Source of the DNA: Bacteroidia bacterium
GTDB taxonomy: Bacteria > Bacteroidota > Bacteroidia > M30B66
NCBI GenBank assembly: GCA_965279035.1
Contig: OZ257142.1
Location: 3,808,001 to 3,872,000 of the forward strand
Direction of reading: 5' to 3'
DNA length: 64,000 nucleotides
Positions 38,674-47,822 of this stretch are shown piece after piece. The notes below the pieces were generated by a model, which was given only the letters and a program-made list of their open reading frames with translations, ran no database searches and was not told where the DNA came from. The translations under genes and the position numbers were made by a program. The stretch's first letter is position 1, and every line of letters begins with the position of its first letter.

Positions 38674-41589
38674 ATGCTCCCATCAGCCAATAAAACTCTC
38701 GTGAAAAAACTAGTCTACCTTAGTTTCATATTCCTAATTTTTCTTTCTCCAACCCTAGTTTTTGGACAAAAAACAGGAAGTATTACAGGAACTGTTATCG
38801 ATAAAGCAACAGGTGAAACATTACCGGGTGCAAGTATTTCCATCGAAGGAACCACAACAGGTACAATGACAGACATAGATGGTCATTTTAAATTGGCTAA
38901 TCTTAATCCTGGAACTTATCGCGTTTTGTGTTCGATGGTTTCGTTCTCGAAAAAGATATTGAGTGGTGTTGAAGTAAAAGAAGGTGCTGCAACGAACTTA
39001 AACATTGCATTAGAAACTGTTCAGAACGACTTAAAAGAAGTAATTATTGAAGCTGAAGCAAAACGTGAATCCATCAATGCTTTGGTTTTACAGCAAAAAA
39101 ATGCTGCTTCAGTTTCTGATGGAATTTCGGCAGAAACCATAAAGAAAACTCCCGATAGAACAACTAGCGATGTTTTGCGTCGAATAAGCGGTGCCAGTAT
39201 TCAGGATAATAAGTTTGCAATTATTCGTGGATTGAATGATCGTTATAATGCTTCCTATATTAATGGTGCTCCATTGCCAAGTTCTGAAAGCGATCGTAAA
39301 GCTTTTTCATTCGATATTTTTCCAGCAAACATGCTCGATAATATCGTAATCAACAAAACAGCAACTCCCGATATGCCTGCTGAATTTGCAGGTGGAATCA
39401 TTCAAATAAATACCAAGAGTATTCCGGAAGAAAATTTTCAATCGTTTAGTATTAGCAGTGGTTATAATACCATGACTACTGGAAAACAACAACTTACATA
39501 TACAGGTGGTAAAAGCGATTGGCTTGGAATAGATGATGGAACACGTGCTTTACCAAGTGCAATTCCTGCCAAAAAAGACTTTCCTACTTTGCCTGCTTTA
39601 CAAGCTGACCTAGGAAAAAATCTCAGCAATAATTGGGGAATTAATTCCAAGAATTTTGCACCCAATTTTAATTTTCAATATTCTCTTGGTCATACTATAC
39701 GTCGTAAAGAAAAAGACCTCATTGGATTGGTGTTCGCAGCATCCTATCAACGGACATATAATTATTTAATTACAGATCGAAAAGGCTATACAAGCAGTTC
39801 CGACCCAAGTGTTCCTTCACAAATCGATTTTGATTACACCGATAACAGCTATGCCACACAAACACTTGCTGGTATATTAGGAAACGTTTCGTTTAAAATA
39901 AATAAAAACAACACTATATCAACGAAGAATTTATTAAGTATTAATTCGGATGATCGTGTGATTCGTCGTGTTGGAACTCCTACTCCTTTGGAAAGCAATC
40001 CGGTATTACTTCAATCAACAGCACAGTGGTTTACTAGTAATCGTATTTATACAGGACAAATCATTGGAGAACATTTAATTGGTAAATCAAAATTGAAAAT
40101 AAATTGGGTTGGATCGTATAGTTCAATTCAGCGTTCAATACCGAATTTACGTCGGAATGTTTATACTCGTTTGGATCATTCTAACGATCCAGGAGAACCA
40201 ACAAATCGGGATACTGTATGGCGCGCTAATATTTCTAAAACGAATGTTGGTCCAGACTACGGTGGAGGAATGTTTTTCTCTGAAAACAAAGAACAGGTTT
40301 ACAGCTTTAGAGCTGATGCCTCATATCCTATTAAAATTGGTAAAGAATTAAATAATGAAGTGAAAATTGGTGGTTCATTTCAACAACGTGATCGAGAGTT
40401 TTATGCGCGTCAATTAGGATTCACTCAATATTCAACCATTGGAAGTGGTTCAGTAAAGTTTCAAGACAGCTTAACCTTTTTATCGAATGATCAAATTTTT
40501 TCAACTACCAACATGGGCTTAATTGCTCCCGGAAAAGGTGGATTTAAATTGAAAGATGCAACTAAAAATAGCGATTCATATTCTGCAGGATCTAAGCTAA
40601 CTGCATCGTATGTAATGATTAATACACGTTATAAAAAATGGCTTCGACTCATTTGGGGTGCTCGTTTAGAATCTTTCATTCAAACCTTAAATGCTACGCT
40701 CGATAATAATCAACCATTAGCAATTAACACCAAGAAAGTCGATATTTTACCATCAGCGAACGCGGTATTTTCTTTATCAGAAACACAAAACGTGCGATTG
40801 AGTTATTCTCAAACGCTTAATAGACCAGAGTTTCGAGAGTTAGCACCTTTTGCATTTTATGATTTCAATACTCAGTTTGTTTATTCGGGAAATGATTCTT
40901 TAAAACGTGCATTGATTCATAATTACGATGTGCGTTGGGAAATTTATCCGGGTCGTGGACAACTTGTTTCTGTAACAGGTTTCTATAAATCATTCATCAA
41001 TCCAATTGAGCAAATTTCTCGTGCTGATGTGGCGAATGAAGTTTCTTTTAAAAACGTTCAAAAAGCGAAAAGCTACGGAGCAGAATTTGAATTCAGAACG
41101 ATACTCGGTTCTTTATTGAAAAAAGAGGATACTCACTTCCTTAACAACCTAACAGTTTATGCTAATTATGCCTATATCCGCTCTTCTGTTGATGTTTCAG
41201 GAATTATTGGTTCAGTAAATACTACACGACCATTACAAGGTCAATCACCCTATGTTTTAAATGCAGGATTAATTTATGCAAATAAAGAGAAAGGTTATTC
41301 TGTATCAGCAGCTATTAATCGTGTTGGAACTCGTATTGCCATTGTTGGTAATGTGAATGAGCCTGACATTTGGGAGAATGGTAGAACGGTTTTAGATATT
41401 CAAGCAAGTAAATCGTTTCTAAAACAACAATTAGAGGTGAAGTTTTTTGTGCGTGATGGTTTAGCTCAAAAACTCTATTTCTTCCAAGATCGAAACAATA
41501 ATAAAAAACTAGATATAGATTCCGATAACCTCATTTGGGTTTCGAAATTTGCTCCTACTTTTTCGGTGAATGTAACTTATAAGTTTTAA
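38674..41589 (+). CDS. TonB-dependent receptor with N-terminal carboxypeptidase-regulatory-like domain
   Basis: ITGTVIDKATGETLPGA; plug IIRGLNDRYN...FSFDIFP...KTATPDMPAEFAGG; RPEFRELAPF; RPLQGQSPY; terminal Phe. Confidence 0.95.
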   Translation: MLPSANKTLVKKLVYLSFIFLIFLSPTLVFGQKTGSITGTVIDKATGETLPGASISIEGTTTGTMTDIDGHFKLANLNPGTYRVLCSMVSFSKKILSGVEVKEGAATNLNIALETVQNDLKEVIIEAEAKRESINALVLQQKNAASVSDGISAETIKKTPDRTTSDVLRRISGASIQDNKFAIIRGLNDRYNASYINGAPLPSSESDRKAFSFDIFPANMLDNIVINKTATPDMPAEFAGGIIQINTKSIPEENFQSFSISSGYNTMTTGKQQLTYTGGKSDWLGIDDGTRALPSAIPAKKDFPTLPALQADLGKNLSNNWGINSKNFAPNFNFQYSLGHTIRRKEKDLIGLVFAASYQRTYNYLITDRKGYTSSSDPSVPSQIDFDYTDNSYATQTLAGILGNVSFKINKNNTISTKNLLSINSDDRVIRRVGTPTPLESNPVLLQSTAQWFTSNRIYTGQIIGEHLIGKSKLKINWVGSYSSIQRSIPNLRRNVYTRLDHSNDPGEPTNRDTVWRANISKTNVGPDYGGGMFFSENKEQVYSFRADASYPIKIGKELNNEVKIGGSFQQRDREFYARQLGFTQYSTIGSGSVKFQDSLTFLSNDQIFSTTNMGLIAPGKGGFKLKDATKNSDSYSAGSKLTASYVMINTRYKKWLRLIWGARLESFIQTLNATLDNNQPLAINTKKVDILPSANAVFSLSETQNVRLSYSQTLNRPEFRELAPFAFYDFNTQFVYSGNDSLKRALIHNYDVRWEIYPGRGQLVSVTGFYKSFINPIEQISRADVANEVSFKNVQKAKSYGAEFEFRTILGSLLKKEDTHFLNNLTVYANYAYIRSSVDVSGIIGSVNTTRPLQGQSPYVLNAGLIYANKEKGYSVSAAINRVGTRIAIVGNVNEPDIWENGRTVLDIQASKSFLKQQLEVKFFVRDGLAQKLYFFQDRNNNKKLDIDSDNLIWVSKFAPTFSVNVTYKF

Positions 41590-41608
41590 GACTTAAATCA
41601 TCTTATTC

Positions 41609-41642
41609 AAGCCTGTTCAATAATCTATTTTGAACAGGCTTT
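41609..41642 (+). terminator. Stem-loop terminator
   Basis: AAGCCTGTTCAA / TTGAACAGGCTT. Confidence 0.7.
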
Positions 41643-41792
41643 ATCATTTAAATGAAGAAGTGGAAATAAATTCAATCCTTAAACATCTTTTGTATTTCAA
41701 TATTATGTAATTGAAAAAATGCTTAACAATCAATTAATAAAGTTCGGATTGAAGCATAATGTAAAATTCAAATTGAAGCAGTATTGTATAAA

Positions 41793-41800
41793 TAGCTTTG
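41793..41800 (+). promoter_or_regulatory. -7 box (TAGCTTTG)
   Basis: TAnnTTTG 16 nt before ATG 41817. Confidence 0.7.
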
Positions 41801-41816
41801 CAGCAAAATCGAACAC

Positions 41817-43462
41817 ATGAAAAACCTGTTTACTTTTCTTTTTCTAATTTATGCAAGTGCATCCTCTTTTGCACAATCAGCATTTTTTACAGCGACAAAT
41901 TATCGTGGTGCATTTGCTCCTGCTCCTGCTGCTATGTGGACAGATGGTTGGTGTAATTGGGATCCTCAAAATGCTACATATGGAACTCCCGATGTGAATG
42001 TTTCTGCAAACATTTCAACAAATACTACTTGGACAGCTAATCATGTGTATTTGTTGCAAGGACAGATCTATGTGACTAACAATGCTACTTTAACAATCGA
42101 AGCTGGAACTGTAATTCAAGGTGATATTAATACTGCAGGATCGGGCTTATTTGTGACTAAAGGCGCTAAATTAAATGCCATTGGAACTTCTTCTCAACCA
42201 ATTGTTTTTACTTCAAATCAACCGGTAGGTAGTCGTAACCTTGGTGATTGGGGTGGTGTAATTTTATTAGGAAAAGCAAGCAGTAATTCCGTTGGAGGAG
42301 TCGCCAATATTGAAGGTATTGCACCAACCTCTGATACAGAATTTGGTGGTGGTACAAGTCCAGACGATAACGATAATTCAGGTTCATTACAATACGTTCG
42401 AATTGAATTTGGAGGTTACGTATACGCTCCAAACAAAGAAATTAATGGATTAACATTCGGAGCTGTTGGACGTGGAACTACCATCGATCATATTCAAATT
42501 TCTTATGCTAATGATGATGCATTTGAGTGGTTTGGTGGAGCTGTAAATTGTTCTCATTTGGTTGCTTATCGTTGTTTGGATGATGATTTTGACACTGATT
42601 TTGGGTTCCGTGGAAATTACAATTTTGTTTAGGCGTTCGTGATCCAGAGATTTCTGATAATCCAACAGTATCTACTTCCGAAGGATTTGAATCGGATAAT
42701 GATGCTGCAGGAGATGCATTAACTCCTTTAACTGCAGCTATTTTTAGTAATGTAACGATTGTTGGACCACTTCGTGGAGATGTTACTACTGCTGGTACTG
42801 TAGCAGCTGGATATCGTCGTGCTGCTCGTATTCGTCGTAATTCTAATCTCCGGATTTTCAATTCAATCTTAATGGATCACTTGAAAGGAGTGATGATTGA
42901 TGGAACAGCTTGCGAAGCAAATGCAACTTCAGGTGCTCTTGCTTTTAAACATAATATTCTTGCAGGAAATACAGCTGGAAATGTTTGTGAATTAACTTCA
43001 GGAAGTACTTTCGATATTCATAGCTGGTTTGCTGCAAGTATGAATGATTCATTGGTTTCTACTACCGGAATTTTAGTTACTCCTTATGATTTCCTAGCTC
43101 CTGACTATCGTCCTGCTTCTAGCTCTCCTGCTCTAACTGGTGCCGATTTCGCCGATGCTATTTTTAGTGGATTGGTGTTATCAGTAAACAACACTTCGGG
43201 GAATTTCGATCAAGCTGTTTTATTCCCAAATCCTGCGAACAGCTCTGTAAATCTTAATTTTAATTCCAACGTTTCAGGAATTGTTTCAGTGATGATTACA
43301 GATCTTTCTGGACGCGCTGTAATGAACACAGTTTCAACCAAAATGGCTGTCGGAAAAAACAATCTAACTTTCAATACAGAATCCTTAAGTACAGGAATGT
43401 ATTTTGTGACATTATCTGATGGTAAATCTCAACAATCATTTAAAGTTTCAATCAGTAAATAA
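41817..43462 (+). pseudogene. T9SS type A beta-helix protein (~548 aa) split by a 1-nt frameshift near 42614-42616 (pseudogene or sequencing error)
   Basis: ORFs 41817..42632 and 42872..43462 join if one A is added to GGAAATTA, giving ...DTDFGFRGKLQFCLGVRDPEISDNPTVSTSEGFESDNDAAG...FSNVTIVGP... through the CTD LFPNPA. Confidence 0.88.
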
Positions 43463-43479
43463 TTCATTTTTCAATAATG

Positions 43480-43519
43480 AAAAACGCTGTCCAAATTAAA
43501 TTGGGCAGCGTTTTTTTTT
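43480..43519. terminator. Bidirectional terminator
   Basis: AAAAACGCTGTCCAA / TTGGGCAGCGTTTTTTTTT between convergent genes. Confidence 0.85.
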
Positions 43520-43546
43520 GTATTTAATTGTTCAATATGAGAAGAA

Positions 43547-45208
43547 TTAATCTTCAAAAAAATCAATATCTGATTTACTTCGGTAACCAATCAATTTACC
43601 TGTATCGTCTTCTAAACGAAAAAGTGTAAAGAAATTTTTATTTTTCTCCTTTCCCCTAGGTATAAAACGAAGAGCAGTAATTTTATAAGGAGTAAATGGT
43701 TTCAAGAAAATCCAATTATTATTTAAATAAATCCCATCATTCTCAAGATAATACAAACCATATTTTCCGTCCTTTTTCAATCGCCTAAAAATGGTCGTTG
43801 CATATGATTTTTCAAAATAATCAATTGCATCATAATTCGCATCTAAAATGGATGTTCCATCGGGTTTAATCATTCCAAACTTCCCCTTCTTTTTAATGAT
43901 CCATTTATCACCCGCAACATTATATTCTGGTGACACATAAGGACTCTTAAAACCAATACTATCGTACATCGCAGGAATTACTTCTTTCCCTTCTGCCGTC
44001 ATCCAACCTAAAAGCATTTTACCGGACTTGTCCTTTTGTCCGAATAAAAACGAATAGCCCGACTCATTAAAACCATCAGTCCTTATTTGCACTATAGAAT
44101 CAGCATAAAAAGGAGATAGGAAATTACTGGTTAAAAGACCTTTCTTACCTCGTAATTGATAAGTCACATAATTATAATATTGAAATAATGTATCTGCCTT
44201 TTGATAAGCAAAACACCCCAATCCCAGATAATTAATAAGATTAATATTCTCTGCATTTTTTGGTAAATCTTGAAACACGTTTTTAGCAGGCTGAACAATT
44301 CTTGAATAGCGAGTATTAATCATATTCACCGAAAGTGTATCATTCTTCCTATTAAAACTACATCGCAGATAAGTACTAATAGGTGCTTCTACTTTTTTCT
44401 TTGGAGGCTCTTCTACAATATAATAATCATCAGCTGGTATACCTTCAACTTCATCTCTTATATCCATCGATTCCTGATAGGAGGCGTCTTGTATTTCTTT
44501 TACCCGTTTGGAATAGTCCTTTGCCGATTCATAAACCAATTCGATCTCTTCCTTTTCTTGATTGTATTTCAAACGCCCATGTTCTTTTTTGACATTCACA
44601 CTTAAATCAATCTCCAATTCCATATCCTGAGTAATTCGATCTCGCTCATATTTTATGTCGTAACAGTCTTTAATTAAGAATCGAGAACGAGCAGGCATTT
44701 GCGTATCGAAATAATAAATCCCAAATGTTTTATTCTTTTTATCTTGAACGATATGACAATAATAGCGAGCTCCTTCCAGCCCTTGTAAATACGCGAATTT
44801 CCCTATTCTACTTACTATTTTATAATCATTCGGCAGTAAAGAAACACCGCTCAAGGAATACCAATCTCGCTCATCATTTTTCAAATCTTTAAATGCCATG
44901 AATAGATAATCATCTACACATCGAATTCGAACGTATTGTGCTGGAACGACTTCATTCCTATAGAAAACTCCAAATTTTCCATTTTTGGATGTCAGAAAAT
45001 ACTTATCAGGTAATGCTAATTCTGAGGAAGAACTTTTTTCATTCGAATAGAATACTTCATCATATTTTGGTTCACATACCAGATTTCCCAAGGTATCAGC
45101 AAATCCCCACAAATTCCCTTTCCGAAAGGGAATTAGTATTTCCTGAGAAAAAGAAATACCTGAATAACAAATCAAACTTATAAGAATTAATCTGTGCATT
45201 TTATTCAA
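43547..45208 (-). CDS. WG-repeat-containing exported protein
   Basis: LIPFRKGNLWGFAD..G..V..PKYD; KNGKFG; GKEVIPAMYD; KKGKFGMI. Confidence 0.8.
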   Translation of the reverse strand: MNKMHRLILISLICYSGISFSQEILIPFRKGNLWGFADTLGNLVCEPKYDEVFYSNEKSSSSELALPDKYFLTSKNGKFGVFYRNEVVPAQYVRIRCVDDYLFMAFKDLKNDERDWYSLSGVSLLPNDYKIVSRIGKFAYLQGLEGARYYCHIVQDKKNKTFGIYYFDTQMPARSRFLIKDCYDIKYERDRITQDMELEIDLSVNVKKEHGRLKYNQEKEEIELVYESAKDYSKRVKEIQDASYQESMDIRDEVEGIPADDYYIVEEPPKKKVEAPISTYLRCSFNRKNDTLSVNMINTRYSRIVQPAKNVFQDLPKNAENINLINYLGLGCFAYQKADTLFQYYNYVTYQLRGKKGLLTSNFLSPFYADSIVQIRTDGFNESGYSFLFGQKDKSGKMLLGWMTAEGKEVIPAMYDSIGFKSPYVSPEYNVAGDKWIIKKKGKFGMIKPDGTSILDANYDAIDYFEKSYATTIFRRLKKDGKYGLYYLENDGIYLNNNWIFLKPFTPYKITALRFIPRGKEKNKNFFTLFRLEDDTGKLIGYRSKSDIDFFED

Positions 45209-45211
45209 ATA

Positions 45212-45760
45212 TTAAATTGATTTAATCACCTTACATGGATTACCAACTGCAATACTATTAGCAGGAATATCTTTCGTAACAACACTCCCCGCGCCTATTG
45301 TACAGTTATCTCCAATGCTTACTCCTGGACAAATAATCACCCCACCACCAATCCAAACTGTATTTCCAATGGTAACCGGTTTTGCTGATTCTAAATAGCT
45401 GAGTCGTTCTTGCGGATTCGTTGGGTGTGTAGCAGTATAAATATGAACACCCGGACCTAATAAAACGTTATTCCCAATATGTATAGGCATCACATCTAAA
45501 AACACACAATTAAAATTGGCAAAAAAGTTTTTTCCAACGTGTATGTTATATCCATAATCACAGAAAAAAGGTGACTCAATCAATAAGCTTCCTTTTGCCT
45601 GAATTAATTTCCGAAATAGAATATCCCGTTCAGGCACATCACTTGGATTTGAATCGTTAATGGCTTTGCAAAGTTGCCGCGCATGGATTCGCTCAGACGC
45701 TAATTCCGAATCTGCCGGATTATATATCTCACCACGGAGCATTTTCTCTTTTTCGGTCAT
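45212..45760 (-). CDS. maa: Maltose/sugar O-acetyltransferase (hexapeptide repeat)
   Basis: MTEKEKMLRGE.Y, PFFCDYGYNI, YTATHP, VWIGGG, GAGSVVTKD, GNPCK. Confidence 0.9.
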   Translation of the reverse strand: MTEKEKMLRGEIYNPADSELASERIHARQLCKAINDSNPSDVPERDILFRKLIQAKGSLLIESPFFCDYGYNIHVGKNFFANFNCVFLDVMPIHIGNNVLLGPGVHIYTATHPTNPQERLSYLESAKPVTIGNTVWIGGGVIICPGVSIGDNCTIGAGSVVTKDIPANSIAVGNPCKVIKSI

Positions 45761-45811
45761 GTTGCTTAATAGGATCTATAAAATCCATTACTAAATCAAT
45801 GATGTCATTTC

Positions 45812-45858
45812 AAAAAAAGAAGTGCTTTTAGAGTGATAAATTCCTCTAAAAGCACTTC
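45812..45858 (-). terminator. Intrinsic terminator
   Basis: GAAGTGCTTTTAGAG / CTCTAAAAGCACTTC 15-bp stem plus A7. Confidence 0.8.
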
Positions 45859-45877
45859 ATCAACAAAACTAAATAAA

Positions 45878-47575
45878 TTATTTGCTCACCACCAATTGTT
45901 TACTGCAATAAACCCGATCACCAGACATCAGAATGATTGAATAAATTCCATTGATGAAATCACGTGTTGATATAGTGTATGAATTAATGCCAGCTGGAAT
46001 ATTTTCAATACGAACCAATTTCCTTTCCGAATTATATATCATAAGAGACATTCCATTTTCATTGTTTGGTAATTTCAATGTGGATTGTTCATTTGCAGGA
46101 TTTGGAACAAGTTGAAACGATGCGTTCTCATTGCGATTTGTTGATTCAAAATTGGGTTTATTTTCTGTTTTCAATTGAGCATTTTCAGCTTCTAATTTCT
46201 CTACTCTTGCGCTAAGCTCTTTCACCGCATTAACAAGCGGAACAACAAATGCAGCATAATTTACCGCATAATAATCTTGCTCATTGGCAGGCTTACTCAA
46301 TCCTTCAAAATTGGCTCCTTTCAAAGCTTTTTCAACATCTTGTGCAATGAATCCTTGACGGTTTCCACCTTCCACATTATTGATGTATTCATACGAAACA
46401 GGTTGTAATTCTTTAATAAAATTCAAACCTAAATGATATGGTTCAATATGCTGTTTTAATCGTTTATCCGAATCAATAAAAAATCCAACCTGACCACTAA
46501 TTCGTGTAATACTGTTGTTACCTAAACGTATTCTATCAGAAGCAGTAACAATAGCTCCATTTCCAATGGCCGCTGCATTATCCCATGAACCGGATGTTTG
46601 AGCCTGATATCCGAGTAATGTAACTCCAGAAGCAGGATAACTAATTAAACTACCTCCAGAAAAATTACCAATGCATACATTACTTGATCCGTTTTGAATA
46701 TTGTTTCCTGCCGATCTTCCGACAAAAACATTGCTATTCCCATCATTCATTGATGCACCAACAAATGCCCCTAATAATGTATTATCTGAACCTGTTGAAA
46801 CACTTGTTGCAGCTTGAGAACCAACAATGGTATTTCCGCCACCACTTGATAAAATATATCCAGTTCCTTGTCCAATCAAAATATTATTACTTCCCGTTGT
46901 AAGGGCATGTCCTGCATTCGTTCCAATACTAATATCATTAGCATGTCCTGTATTTCCTCCAGAAGCACCTGCATTAGGTCCAATACTAATATTATCTAAG
47001 GAAAATGAACCACTAGTACTGATTGCTCCAGCGAGCTCTACATTTCCTGTTGTTGTATTCCATTGAAGCGAATTAGCTGCTCCACGATACACATTACCAG
47101 ATAAAAATAAATTACTCCATTGACTAGCACTTGAGCCCAATGAACGAAGTCCTGATGGGCGCAAATCTGAATTGATTGCAGTTGTTGCAGCTAAATTCGA
47201 TAAGGCAGTATTTGCAAAACTAGCCCAGCTCAAAACGCCACTACCATTCGTCGATAATGCCTGACCGGATGTTCCTGCAGTGCTAGGAAGTACTAACATT
47301 AAATTGGAACCTAATGCACTTGGTGATCGAAATCCGGTATAATTGGTTCCACTTGCAGCAAGCTCCAAAAATCGCAATTCACTTGTATTTCCGGATGCTG
47401 TCCCAAAAGGGCGAACTTCAATCGCATTAGCATCCGTAGGTTTTAATGTTAGCCAAGCTGAAGGTGTTGTTGTTCCAATTCCAACTCTTCCTGTTGCAGG
47501 AAAAGTATTTTGTGCTTGTGTTTTGAATATTAACAAACAAGCAGATACTAGTATAAAATAGTTTCTCATGAGCAT
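45878..47575 (-). CDS. Trimeric fibre/adhesin-like protein with intramolecular chaperone (peptidase S74) and T9SS type A CTD
   Basis: GRVGIGTTTP; 14-residue N..IG..AG repeats; SDKRLKQHI...GFIAQDV...VNY..FVVPLVNAVKEL coiled coil; LVPNPA CTD. Confidence 0.88.
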   Translation of the reverse strand: MLMRNYFILVSACLLIFKTQAQNTFPATGRVGIGTTTPSAWLTLKPTDANAIEVRPFGTASGNTSELRFLELAASGTNYTGFRSPSALGSNLMLVLPSTAGTSGQALSTNGSGVLSWASFANTALSNLAATTAINSDLRPSGLRSLGSSASQWSNLFLSGNVYRGAANSLQWNTTTGNVELAGAISTSGSFSLDNISIGPNAGASGGNTGHANDISIGTNAGHALTTGSNNILIGQGTGYILSSGGGNTIVGSQAATSVSTGSDNTLLGAFVGASMNDGNSNVFVGRSAGNNIQNGSSNVCIGNFSGGSLISYPASGVTLLGYQAQTSGSWDNAAAIGNGAIVTASDRIRLGNNSITRISGQVGFFIDSDKRLKQHIEPYHLGLNFIKELQPVSYEYINNVEGGNRQGFIAQDVEKALKGANFEGLSKPANEQDYYAVNYAAFVVPLVNAVKELSARVEKLEAENAQLKTENKPNFESTNRNENASFQLVPNPANEQSTLKLPNNENGMSLMIYNSERKLVRIENIPAGINSYTISTRDFINGIYSIILMSGDRVYCSKQLVVSK

Positions 47576-47822
47576 TGATTTAGGTTAGGTTGGTTTAGAA
47601 ATAACAAGTCAATTTGAATACCCCACTTACATAGATAGCTTCTTATCAACTCATTAAATCTAGATACAATAATAAATAAAACTTTTGAAACGAATTATTT
47701 ATAAACCCATCTTCTTTTGAAATAAAATCAATTCAATAATTAATTTGTCACAAAGAAGAATATAGAAATCCGATTCGATCTCAAGTAAAGAGATTCGCAT
47801 TCTAATTAAATAGATTTTAAAT

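Noticed and set aside
42605-42640. Programmed ribosomal frameshift or phase variation
   Set aside because: No X XXY YYZ heptamer or long simple-sequence tract; a single-base loss is the simpler explanation
45878-47575. Prophage remnant
   Set aside because: The protein has a signal peptide and T9SS CTD; no integrase, capsid, terminase or other phage genes are nearby
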